Below, in pieces: positions 50,238 to 58,838 of a DNA stretch of 64,000 nt. The notes beneath the pieces were generated by a model that had not been told where the DNA came from, made no database searches, and worked only from the letters and a program-made list of their open reading frames with translations. Source of the stretch: an uncultured Gammaproteobacteria bacterium (GTDB taxonomy: Bacteria; Patescibacteriota; Microgenomatia; Levybacterales; UBA12049); assembly GCA_964474445.1 (NCBI GenBank), contig CAYYSJ010000002.1, forward strand, positions 119,570-183,569, written 5' to 3'. The translations under genes were made by a program, and so were the position numbers. Within the stretch, counting starts at the first letter, position 1; each line of letters starts with the position of its first letter.

Positions 50238-50759
50238 ATGAGAAAACAAGTATTTGGAAGAAAATTTAAAAGAGACGCAAATGAAAGAAAAGCTCTTCTG
50301 AAAGGGCTTATGAATGATTTGGTTTTAAAAGAAGGTATTAAAACAACTGAAGAGAAGGCTAAATCTATTAAAGGACAGGTTGAAAAATTAGTTACAAAAG
50401 CAAAGAATAAAGGTGAAGCATCACGAAGCCTTTTACAACCGTATTTAAATGCAAAAGCAGTTGAAAAAGTCTTAAAAGATTTGGCTCCTCGATTTGCAAA
50501 AAGACAGGGTGGTTATACAAGAATTGTTAAATTAACTGAAAGATTTGGAGATAATGCATCAATGGCAATTATTGAATGGGTTGAAAAAGCAACTGTTGTT
50601 GAAGTAGCAGAACCAGAAAAAGCAGAAAAGAGTAACAAGAAGGAAGCTCTTGAAGCAACAGTCAAAGAAGAAAAGCCAACAAAGAAAGAAACAAAAAAGG
50701 GAGAGAAGAAGGAAACGAAAAAAGAAGAAAAGAAAGCTGGAAAAACAACAAAAAAATAA
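50238..50759 (+). CDS. rplQ: 50S ribosomal protein L17 with Lys/Glu-rich C-terminal tail
   Basis: IKTT..KAK, GGYTRI, GDNA. Confidence 0.97.
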   Translation: MRKQVFGRKFKRDANERKALLKGLMNDLVLKEGIKTTEEKAKSIKGQVEKLVTKAKNKGEASRSLLQPYLNAKAVEKVLKDLAPRFAKRQGGYTRIVKLTERFGDNASMAIIEWVEKATVVEVAEPEKAEKSNKKEALEATVKEEKPTKKETKKGEKKETKKEEKKAGKTTKK

Positions 50760-50762
50760 ACT

Positions 50763-51185
50763 ATGAATAAAGCAACCAAACCAACATCACAAAAAGATAT
50801 CATCAGAAATTGGCATTTAGTTGATCTAAATGATAAAGTATTAGGTCGAGAGGCAACAGCAATTGCTCACAAATTGATGGGAAAAGGCAAGCCATACTTT
50901 GTGACTAACTTAGATTGTGGTGACTATGTTGTTGTCATTAATGCAAAGAGTGTGAAAGTTACTGGGAAAAAGGCAACAGACAAGACATATTACCGGCATT
51001 CTATGTATCCCGGTGGATTTAAATCAGAAACCTTTAAAGAAGTTATGATGAAACATCCAACCGAGGTTATTGTTCATGCAGTAAAAGGGATGTTGCCACA
51101 AAACAAATTACGAGATAAAATGCTTAAGAGACTTTTTGTCTTTGAAGGTGCAGAGCATAAGTACCAAGACAAATTTGCAAAATAA
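50763..51185 (+). CDS. rplM: 50S ribosomal protein L13
   Basis: LGR.A, DCGDYVVVINA, GMLP. Confidence 0.98.
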   Translation: MNKATKPTSQKDIIRNWHLVDLNDKVLGREATAIAHKLMGKGKPYFVTNLDCGDYVVVINAKSVKVTGKKATDKTYYRHSMYPGGFKSETFKEVMMKHPTEVIVHAVKGMLPQNKLRDKMLKRLFVFEGAEHKYQDKFAK

Positions 51186-51194
51186 GGAGATTAT

Positions 51195-51647
51195 ATGGCT
51201 AATAAAACAACAAAAAGAGATTACATATACGCAGTAGGACGACGACGAGAAGCATCAGCTCGAGTTAGACTCTATGCTGCTGTGAAAGATGGTCAAGCCT
51301 GGGGTGAACAGACAGTAAGTAAAGATCAGATGCTTGTTAATGGGTTACCAGTTGAGCATTACTTTTCAGGTCCTGTTGCAAAATCAAGGTATCAACTACC
51401 ACTTGTTCTCACAAATACTCTTGGAAAATATGCTGTTACTGTTAAAGTAGAAGGCGGCGGGAAGACAGGACAGTTAGGAGCACTCGTTTTGGGTCTTGCA
51501 CGAGCACTTTCTCTTGCTGATAAGGAAAAGAATAGACCTGTACTTAAGGCAAAAGGACTTCTCAAAGTTGATGCGAGAGTTAGAGAGCGACGAAAAGTTG
51601 GTACTGGCGGCAAGGCTCGACGAAAGAAACAATCTCCAAAGCGTTAA
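51195..51647 (+). CDS. rpsI: 30S ribosomal protein S9
   Basis: GRRREA.ARV, GGG..GQ, ERRKVG, KR C-terminus. Confidence 0.97.
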   Translation: MANKTTKRDYIYAVGRRREASARVRLYAAVKDGQAWGEQTVSKDQMLVNGLPVEHYFSGPVAKSRYQLPLVLTNTLGKYAVTVKVEGGGKTGQLGALVLGLARALSLADKEKNRPVLKAKGLLKVDARVRERRKVGTGGKARRKKQSPKR

Positions 51648-51697
51648 TATTTTCCCTCTCAATCCAAACAGAGCGAAAAACGTTATTTTCCAAATTT

Positions 51698-52018
51698 TTA
51701 GAATTTCAGGAGTTCCATGTAAAGGAGAATTTTTAGCAGGCCATTTGTAGGCCAAAGATTATATGTTGCGTGGGGAGGAATAGGAATGAGGTCTCCCGGT
51801 TCTACGTCAAATTTTTCTCCATTAATAACAAACTCTCCCTCTCCATCCAAAATATAATATATTCTTTCCCTATCTTCAATTGTTCTTTCTCCATGTTCGC
51901 CAGTAAATTCTGCATAAGCGACAGTTGTTCCATGATTACTGTCTGGTAATTGGTAATACCATCCATTAACACCCTCTCTGCCATGGTAAATAGTATCTTT
52001 CTTTGAAATCTTTTTCAT
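51698..52018 (-). CDS. Cupin-domain protein
   Basis: E..YILDGEG, PGDLI.IPP. Confidence 0.8.
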   Translation of the reverse strand: MKKISKKDTIYHGREGVNGWYYQLPDSNHGTTVAYAEFTGEHGERTIEDRERIYYILDGEGEFVINGEKFDVEPGDLIPIPPHATYNLWPTNGLLKILLYMELLKF

Positions 52019-52473
52019 GATTGTATATGAAGTTCTTGTCTTGGGTTAATAGGAAAGTTCAATGAATCAAATAGAACAAAAAGAGTAGGTTTTATCATGT
52101 AAACATTATGTTCGTCTTTTCCATCAGCAATTTTTTGCCTACGTTCTTCTTTCATGTTCATTCGTTTGGCATAGAGCTCTAGTGCGTGATGAAATTCTTC
52201 TCCAGTAGTTAGCTCCTTTGCGACCCCATCAAATTGTATACCTCTAACAGCATCTCCTGGAGTATGCGGTAAAACAATAGTTCCAGCTACTTTTTGATTC
52301 GCTTTCAATTCTTGAGAGTGTCTTGTTGAAGGCAAAGAGATCCAAAATAGATTAAATTCATCATCAAAAGCAAAATAGACACTACATGCCCATGGCTGAT
52401 TATCTTTTGAAGTTGCCACCTGCATAAGCCGTGCATCATTCAAATACTCTTTAATAAGTTGTCGAATCTCCAT
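52015..52473 (-). CDS. Pyridoxamine 5'-phosphate oxidase-like (YhbP-type) FMN split-barrel protein
   Basis: MQVAT, PWACSVYF, STRHS, GIQFDG. Confidence 0.8.
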   Translation of the reverse strand: MEIRQLIKEYLNDARLMQVATSKDNQPWACSVYFAFDDEFNLFWISLPSTRHSQELKANQKVAGTIVLPHTPGDAVRGIQFDGVAKELTTGEEFHHALELYAKRMNMKEERRQKIADGKDEHNVYMIKPTLFVLFDSLNFPINPRQELHIQS

Positions 52474-52507
52474 GCCAAAATTATATCAGAGAGTGGCGAG
52501 TTTTCAA

Positions 52508-53530
52508 TCACTTCCACAATTGCAAAAACGCTTTTTCGTGCTTTTTGACAACGTTTTTATTTCCTAAAAGGCCGTGTTGGGACATATCCGGAGAATATTT
52601 ACTTGCAGGGACAACTCGTCCTAAAGATTCTGCCATTGAACGGACATGATGAGGGCCAGCACCACAACAGATGCCAATGTAGTTAATACCAATTTCCTTT
52701 GCCGCTTTTGTAAACTCTGCCATTTCTGTCCGGGTACAAAGGAATGGATCTAAATGAACGGGAAAGGCGGAATTTCCGTCTTTTTGTTTGAGGAATTGGA
52801 ATGCAGGATACTTAGCAGTCGTATGATACGGTACAGGTTGTGCTGCAGTAAAACATGAGACGGATTTTCGAAGTTTCTGAAGAAGTGGTAATAGTGTCTT
52901 TGGTCCCCTGATACAGTTGAATCCTACAACATCAACACCTTTCTCCTCAAGCATTTTACATCCTTCTATCCAATCAATCCCATCCTTACTTTTCTGATAC
53001 GTCGCTCCAAATGTGACAAGCGCTGGATATCCATACTGCTTAATAACATCCAAAGCGATCAGTGCTTCTCCAACGTATTCAATTGTTTCTGCAATAATGA
53101 AATCAACTCCTGCCTCTTTTGCCCATCCAACTTGCTCTTCATACATATTCCGCACAATTGTTTCTGATTTCTTATCTCCCGGTTTATAAGCCCACGTATT
53201 ACAAATATTTCCAGCAACAAGTGCATGCCCTTCTTTTGCAACTTTTTTTGCAATTTTTAAAGCTTGTCTATTCATTGGCTTTAGGTCGTTCTCTCGTCCG
53301 ATTACTCGCAGTTTTTCTCTATGTGCATAATAAGTAAACGCGACCATCACTTCTGCACCTGCTCTTAAAAACTCTCTATGCAATTCCTCAACAGCTTGAG
53401 GATAATCCAAAACGACCTCAGGTACAAAAGCACCTGCTTTTAGAAAGCCTCTTCTTTCAAGTTCAAAAAGATATCCTTCTGCCCCAAGGACTATCCCTTG
53501 CTGTAATCTCTCTAAAAGTGATTGTTTCAT
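52508..53530 (-). CDS. Homocysteine S-methyltransferase, betaine-homocysteine methyltransferase-like
   Basis: FELERRG, PE.V, LHREFLRAG, Zn ligands GFNC and GICCG. Confidence 0.9.
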   Translation of the reverse strand: MKQSLLERLQQGIVLGAEGYLFELERRGFLKAGAFVPEVVLDYPQAVEELHREFLRAGAEVMVAFTYYAHREKLRVIGRENDLKPMNRQALKIAKKVAKEGHALVAGNICNTWAYKPGDKKSETIVRNMYEEQVGWAKEAGVDFIIAETIEYVGEALIALDVIKQYGYPALVTFGATYQKSKDGIDWIEGCKMLEEKGVDVVGFNCIRGPKTLLPLLQKLRKSVSCFTAAQPVPYHTTAKYPAFQFLKQKDGNSAFPVHLDPFLCTRTEMAEFTKAAKEIGINYIGICCGAGPHHVRSMAESLGRVVPASKYSPDMSQHGLLGNKNVVKKHEKAFLQLWK

Positions 53531-53536
53531 AAAACT

Positions 53537-53607
53537 AAAAAACCCCGCTGAGCGGGGAGGTTCGTATTTCTCAAATAAGACTACAACGAACTTCCCCTCA
53601 AAGAGGA
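53537..53607 (-). promoter_or_regulatory. Transcription attenuator (protector/antiterminator/terminator)
   Basis: Minus strand: terminator CCCCGC-TCA-GCGGGG-T6; antiterminator GGGGAAGTTCGT/ACGAACCTCCCC; protector TCCTC-TTT-GAGGG. Confidence 0.82.
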
Positions 53608-53643
53608 CATCATCATAGTCATCATAATTTGTTCATGTATCAT
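53581..53643 (-). CDS. Met-rich leader peptide MIHEQIMMTMMMSSLRGSSL
   Basis: ATG ATG ACT ATG ATG ATG run; overlaps the attenuator stems; lies upstream of a Met-forming enzyme. Confidence 0.82.
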   Translation of the reverse strand: MIHEQIMMTMMMSSLRGSSL

Positions 53644-53653
53644 AATTAAATAA

Positions 53654-53682
53654 AGTATATATCTCGAAAAAATTGTTGTCAA
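53654..53682 (-). promoter_or_regulatory. Sigma70 promoter of the Met leader/methyltransferase unit
   Basis: TTGACA-17 nt-TATACT on the minus strand. Confidence 0.8.
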
Positions 53683-53789
53683 TCATATCCAATGTGGAGG
53701 ATAGCAATTATAGTAAAAACTCTCTGTTACTCCCTACGTTTAATTTTCTCTATTGCTAAGATTATAAGGTATGTTATAATAGTCAAGTT

Positions 53790-54554
53790 ATGCCGAAGAA
53801 AAAAAGAACTCCTAAAAAAACTGATCAAGCAAAATCAGTAAAATCATTAAAACCAGTAAAAGCAGCACGAAAAACAGCCCCAAGAAAAAATGGTGTAAAA
53901 GCTCAAAAGACACAAACAGCTGAACAACAAATGGCTCCTGAAACACATACAACTTCTCAAGCAGTTAGTACAAATGCACGAAATCCAAGACTTTGGATAG
54001 GACTTGGTATTGTTGTTTTGGTTATTTTAGTAGTTGCTTTTAAAGGTTTATTCATTGCAGCAATCGTCAATGGCCAGCCAATTAGTCGATTACAAGTTTT
54101 GCAACAACTTGAGAAGCAAAACGGTAAGCAAGCATTAAGTAGTCTTGTTACCCAAACCCTTATTACTCAAGAAGCAGCAAAAAAACATGTGAGTGTCAGT
54201 CAGGCAGACGTAAATAGTGATTTAAAGAAAATCGATGATGCATTGAAAGCACAAGGACAAAATCTGGATACAGCACTTGCTGTGCGAGGATTGAGCAAAC
54301 AAGATTTGGTCCAGCAAATAACTCTCCAGAAATTAGTTGAGAAAATGGTAGGAAAAGATGTCAAAGTAACAGATGCAGATGTTCAAAAATATATTGATAA
54401 TAATCAAGATACGTTGCCAAAAGACTTGTCTGATGATCAATTACGAGCACAAGTGAAACAACAACTTGAACAACAACAATTGCAGGATAAAACACAAGCG
54501 TTTGTCGCAAATTTGCAGAAGAAAGCAAACATTTCCTACTTCGTTAGCTATTAA
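53790..54554 (+). CDS. SurA N-terminal domain (PrsA-like) membrane-anchored chaperone
   Basis: Basic N-terminal tail, TM helix, AAIVNGQPIS, VSQADV, L.KKANI. Confidence 0.8.
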   Translation: MPKKKRTPKKTDQAKSVKSLKPVKAARKTAPRKNGVKAQKTQTAEQQMAPETHTTSQAVSTNARNPRLWIGLGIVVLVILVVAFKGLFIAAIVNGQPISRLQVLQQLEKQNGKQALSSLVTQTLITQEAAKKHVSVSQADVNSDLKKIDDALKAQGQNLDTALAVRGLSKQDLVQQITLQKLVEKMVGKDVKVTDADVQKYIDNNQDTLPKDLSDDQLRAQVKQQLEQQQLQDKTQAFVANLQKKANISYFVSY

Positions 54555-54583
54555 AGTTAGTACCTAATAATTTTGAGTTTTTT

Positions 54584-55213
54584 CTACACCTCAACAATAT
54601 CACCTGTTTCTACCGTTTTAAAATCAATTCCTTGTGTTGCAAAATACTCTTTGAATCGTTGATAGAATGCTTTTCGTGCTTCATCTCTCCAATGCCAATC
54701 ATGTATTGGAATAATAACTTTTGGTTTAAGCTGCAGTGCAAGTTCAACCGCTCGTGTGGTATTACCCCATGGTGCCTGAATGGGAAGTGCTAGAGTATCT
54801 ACAGTTATCGTAAAGGTATGTGAATCACCTGGTGTTGCAAATGTTCCAAATAGTGTTGCCAACACATTTTGTGGCGCAGCGCCAAACCAAATTTTCTCAT
54901 GGGGAACAGGTTTTAAAGAGATAAACTCATTGCCTTCTGTGTAGACATTGTGAATACCTTCTGATATCAGGATGTTCTTTGCTGACTCAGTAGTATAGAG
55001 AGGGGTATGCGGAAATTTTTGCAGAATTTCTTTTATCCAGGGAAGATACATATGGTCTGGATGTTCATGAGTAATGACAATTGCATCAAGTTGGTTCAGT
55101 GAATTTATATCTAACGCATTTTCGTTGTATGAATAATTTCCTGGATCTATTAACACAACTTTTCCTTGGTCCTCGACTAAAAGACAGGAATGGACATGTT
55201 TGGAGATCTTCAT
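54584..55213 (-). CDS. Metallo-beta-lactamase-fold hydrolase
   Basis: HSCLLVE, IDPG, THEHPDH, GDS, IPIHD. Confidence 0.88.
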   Translation of the reverse strand: MKISKHVHSCLLVEDQGKVVLIDPGNYSYNENALDINSLNQLDAIVITHEHPDHMYLPWIKEILQKFPHTPLYTTESAKNILISEGIHNVYTEGNEFISLKPVPHEKIWFGAAPQNVLATLFGTFATPGDSHTFTITVDTLALPIQAPWGNTTRAVELALQLKPKVIIPIHDWHWRDEARKAFYQRFKEYFATQGIDFKTVETGDIVEV

Positions 55214-55342
55214 ATGCAGAGTATATCAAAGGAAATCTGAGAAAACTATCTGAAGAAAATCACAATATAAATAAGCGAGCGTCAATGGATCATCTTTAAC
55301 AATCTTAGAAAATAAGTTCTAGGATGACTATATATAGGTAGA

Positions 55343-55390
55343 ATATTTTTCTACAAGTAAGCAATTATGAATATAATTAGAAACTTTCAT
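55343..55390 (-). pseudogene. Decayed fragment of an MBL-hydrolase 5' end
   Basis: MKVSNYIHNCLLVEK resembles the neighbour's N-terminus MKISKHVHSCLLVED. Confidence 0.5.
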
Positions 55391-55399
55391 AAATTTATT

Positions 55400-55543
55400 T
55401 TATTTCTTATTTTTACTTTGGCCAAGGCAAATAAGAGAACAGTAGGATTTTTGATTTAACTTTTTATTTTCATTTACATGTCGGAGATCTCGTAGAATTT
55501 TTTTATTACAATAAGAGCAAATTAAAGTAACAAACACAGTCAT
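55400..55543 (-). pseudogene. Truncated Cys-rich (Zn-finger-like) ORF, possible endonuclease remnant
   Basis: CSYC...YCSLIC in 47 aa right after the tRNA; own TATAAT; low GC. Confidence 0.4.
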
Positions 55544-55577
55544 GTTTTTATTACAAATTATACGAATAGCAATTGTG

Positions 55578-55649
55578 TCGGGGCGACATGAATTGAACAT
55601 GCTACTTCTCGGACCCCATCCGAGCGTTCTACCGATGAACTACGCCCCG
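55578..55649 (-). tRNA. tRNA-Pro(GGG), CCA not encoded
   Basis: CGGGGCG/CGCCCCG acceptor stem, D arm GTTC/GAAC, anticodon arm CTCGG-ATGGGGT-CCGAG, T loop TTCAATT. Confidence 0.93.
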
Positions 55650-55787
55650 GTTGTGTTGTGATTTTACCTTAAATGGTGAAGAAAGAAAAGATCAAGATAG
55701 TATTATAAGTCTTACCAAAAACTTACGTATTTGAGCTAGAATGATCTATTGTATTCCAATGCAGAATTGCTATTATAGGTATATATT

Positions 55788-56891
55788 ATGGCACGAACAG
55801 CTACAGCCCCTAAAACAGTAACAGCCGCTCCTGATGCAGATCAACAACATAAAATGGACGCAGTCCGTATGGCAATGGAAGCAATTGAAAAGCAATATGG
55901 ACGTGGATCTATTATGCGTTTTGGAGAAGCTGCACAAAAGCTTGATATTTCTGTTATCTCCACAGGGTGTCTTCCTTTAGATATAGGACTTGGTGTTGGT
56001 GGGTTACCAAGAGGAAGAATTATTGAAATCTACGGACCAGAAGCATCTGGAAAAACAACAATTTGTCTCTCAACCATTGCACAAGCACAAAAGCATGGTG
56101 GTGTTGCTGCATTTATTGATGCAGAGCATGCACTTGATCCACTGTGGGCACAACAAGTTGGGATTAAATTAGATGAGCTGTTGATTTCTCAACCAGACAC
56201 AGGAGAGCAGGCTTTAGAAATTGCAGAGTCATTAGTTCGCTCAGGAGGAATAGACGTTCTGGTTATTGATTCTGTTGCAGCACTTGTTCCAAGAGCAGAA
56301 ATTGAAGGAGAAATGGGTGATGCGATGGTTGGTCTTCAGGCACGACTTATGTCCCAAGCTCTTAGAAAATTAACAGCAGTTATTTCTAAATCCAAGACTG
56401 TTGTTATCTTTACCAATCAGTTACGACAAAAAATTGGTGTGATGTTTGGTAATCCAGAGACGACAACTGGTGGACTTGCTCTTAAATTCTATGCTTCTGT
56501 TCGAATGGATGTGCGAAAAATTGAGACTATCAAAGATGGAGATAAAGTTGTTGGCTCACGACATCGAGTAAAAATTGTCAAAAATAAGGTTAGTGTTCCA
56601 TTTAGAACGGCAGAATTTGAAGTGTCTGAAGATGGCATCTCTAGAGAAGGTGGTATTTTGGATGTTGGTATCGAACTTGGCATTATTTCCAAATCTGGTG
56701 CATTTCTTCGCTATGGAGAGACAATGCTTGGACAAGGACGTGCTGCAGCAATGGATACATTGAAAGGCAATAAAGATTTGGAAGCAGAAATTGTTAAGAA
56801 AATTAAAGAACAATCCCAGACTCGCACACCAATGGAGCTTGGAAAAGAAGATAGTGACGAAGAAGAAGTAGATCGAACCCTAGAAGTATAA
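55788..56891 (+). CDS. recA: Recombinase RecA
   Basis: [26 protein letters not shown]. Confidence 0.99.
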   Translation: MARTATAPKTVTAAPDADQQHKMDAVRMAMEAIEKQYGRGSIMRFGEAAQKLDISVISTGCLPLDIGLGVGGLPRGRIIEIYGPEASGKTTICLSTIAQAQKHGGVAAFIDAEHALDPLWAQQVGIKLDELLISQPDTGEQALEIAESLVRSGGIDVLVIDSVAALVPRAEIEGEMGDAMVGLQARLMSQALRKLTAVISKSKTVVIFTNQLRQKIGVMFGNPETTTGGLALKFYASVRMDVRKIETIKDGDKVVGSRHRVKIVKNKVSVPFRTAEFEVSEDGISREGGILDVGIELGIISKSGAFLRYGETMLGQGRAAAMDTLKGNKDLEAEIVKKIKEQSQTRTPMELGKEDSDEEEVDRTLEV

Positions 56892-57005
56892 TCCTCTGTA
56901 TGGCAAAACGAGTGGAAGAGCCTTTTTATCCCCACCAGCTTAAACCCTTTGGTAACACGGTTATAGGAGAAGGTTGGACATGAGGATATAAAAAGTAAGT
57001 AGCTT

Positions 57006-57485
57006 ATGGATTTTAATACTCTCTATACAAAAGCTTTAAAATATCTCAATTATCGCCCTCGCTCAGAAAAGGAAATTCGAGATTATTTGGCAAAAGAACT
57101 TGGAAGCCCTTCCAGTGCAGATCTATCTCTGATTGATCTAATAGTGCTCAAGTTAAAGTCACAAAGATTCCTTAATGACTTGGAATTTGCGCGTATGTGG
57201 GTGAGGAGTAGGACGTCATATAAACCAAAGGGAGAAAGGCTAATCCGTTTGGAATTAGAGCAAAAGGGAATTAGTAAAGAGATTCTAGATGAAGTACTCC
57301 AAAACTCAGAAGTCAGAGTAAGTAATGACCTAGAGCTTGCTATTGAAATGCTTGAGAAAAAACGTGAGAAGTATGAAGGAATGAGTAGGCAAGAAAGATT
57401 TAATAAAGCGGGTTCAATGCTTGCCAGGCGAGGCTACGATTTGAATACAATTCGTAAGGCAATTGACCAAGTTTTTGAAAAATAG
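57006..57485 (+). CDS. recX: Regulatory protein RecX
   Basis: RPRSEKE, LND..FA, EL.QKG, LARRG; downstream of recA. Confidence 0.92.
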   Translation: MDFNTLYTKALKYLNYRPRSEKEIRDYLAKELGSPSSADLSLIDLIVLKLKSQRFLNDLEFARMWVRSRTSYKPKGERLIRLELEQKGISKEILDEVLQNSEVRVSNDLELAIEMLEKKREKYEGMSRQERFNKAGSMLARRGYDLNTIRKAIDQVFEK

Positions 57486-57601
57486 TATAATAGAGGTAGA
57501 CGCAAAAGGAATTAGTTTATGAAGAGCCGTCTTTTATTATTCGTTCTTCAGATAGCTTTTAAATAAGCAATTTCTCCTTTTGTTTTAGTTATTAAATATT
57601 T

Positions 57602-58837
57602 ATGGCAAACGATGTATTAGATTTAGAGAAAAAACTCCTTGAAAAACAAGAAAAATTAGACGAACTCAAAGAGAGATTAGAAAAAGAAAAAGAAGAATAC
57701 CGTGAAAAGCTTCAACAGCTTGCTCATCTGACAGCAGATGAAGCAAGAAAAGCCCTCATGGAAGAGACAGAGAGGTCCGAGGCAGCATCTGTTGCGAAAC
57801 TTATTAAAGAGCGTGAAGAAGAGGCAAAAAGAACAGCAGATAGAAAAGCCCAAGAAGTCATCGTCGAGGCAATGAGACATGGCACCATTAATTATGTTGC
57901 TGAATTTACTGTCTCAATTGTGAAGGTTGAAGATGAAGAAATGAAGGGTCGAATTATTGGAAAAGAGGGCCGAAATATCAGGGCTTTTGAATCTGCAACT
58001 GGCGTTGATATTGATTTAGATGAGGAGGGTGTCATTAGACTTTCTTCATTTGATAGTATAAGACGGGAAATTGCTCGACGAGCACTTGAAGTTCTTTTGA
58101 AAGACACAAGAATCCAGCCTTTCAGAATTGAAGAAGTTGTTAATCAAACCAAACAAGATCTGGAAAAGATTATGTTTCAGGAAGGAGAAAAACTTGCTCA
58201 TGAAGCAGGGGTTTTTAGTTTACCAGTGGATCTTATTAAGATGCTCGGTCGCTTTAAATTCAGAACTTCTTATGGACAAAACCTCATTACCCATTCTTTA
58301 GAAGTAAGTAAAATTGCTGTTGGGATTGCTGAAGAAATTGGTGCAGATGTTGATGTTGTCAGACTTGGTGGATTGCTGCATGATATTGGAAAAGTTGTTG
58401 AGGGTGAAGGAAGTCACGTTAAATTAGGAGTTGAGCTTCTTAAGAGATATGGGCTTCCAGAAACCATTGTTAATACTGTTGCTGAGCATCATGAGGACAA
58501 ACCTTTCTCTTCTGTTGAATCAGTTATAGTGCATATTGCTGACCAAGCATCAGGTGGACGACCCGGTGCAAGATATGAGGATGTTGAAAAATATGCAAAT
58601 AGACTGAAGGAAATGGAAGAAATGGCAAAGAAATACGAGGGAGTTGAAGATGCATATGCTTTCGAAGCAGGACGAGAATTGCGAGTGATTATTAATCCTG
58701 GTAAATTAGATGATGCACAGACTGTTATTATTGCAAAGAAATTGCGAGACGAAATTAGTAATTCCTTAGCGATTCCAGGAGAAGTAAAAGTAACTGCAAT
58801 TCGAGAATTCCGTGCTGTTTCAGGGGAAAGTCTATAA
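57602..58837 (+). CDS. rny: Ribonuclease Y, no N-terminal TM helix
   Basis: KGRIIGKEGRNIR (KH), RTSYGQN, LLHDIGK (HD), RPGAR, AGRE.RV. Confidence 0.95.
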   Translation: MANDVLDLEKKLLEKQEKLDELKERLEKEKEEYREKLQQLAHLTADEARKALMEETERSEAASVAKLIKEREEEAKRTADRKAQEVIVEAMRHGTINYVAEFTVSIVKVEDEEMKGRIIGKEGRNIRAFESATGVDIDLDEEGVIRLSSFDSIRREIARRALEVLLKDTRIQPFRIEEVVNQTKQDLEKIMFQEGEKLAHEAGVFSLPVDLIKMLGRFKFRTSYGQNLITHSLEVSKIAVGIAEEIGADVDVVRLGGLLHDIGKVVEGEGSHVKLGVELLKRYGLPETIVNTVAEHHEDKPFSSVESVIVHIADQASGGRPGARYEDVEKYANRLKEMEEMAKKYEGVEDAYAFEAGRELRVIINPGKLDDAQTVIIAKKLRDEISNSLAIPGEVKVTAIREFRAVSGESL

Positions 58838-58838
58838 T

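Noticed and set aside
53531-53650. SAM riboswitch or T-box upstream of the methyltransferase
   Set aside because: No SAM-I core or T-box bulge consensus visible; the leader is short and is explained by the Met-codon uORF and its stems
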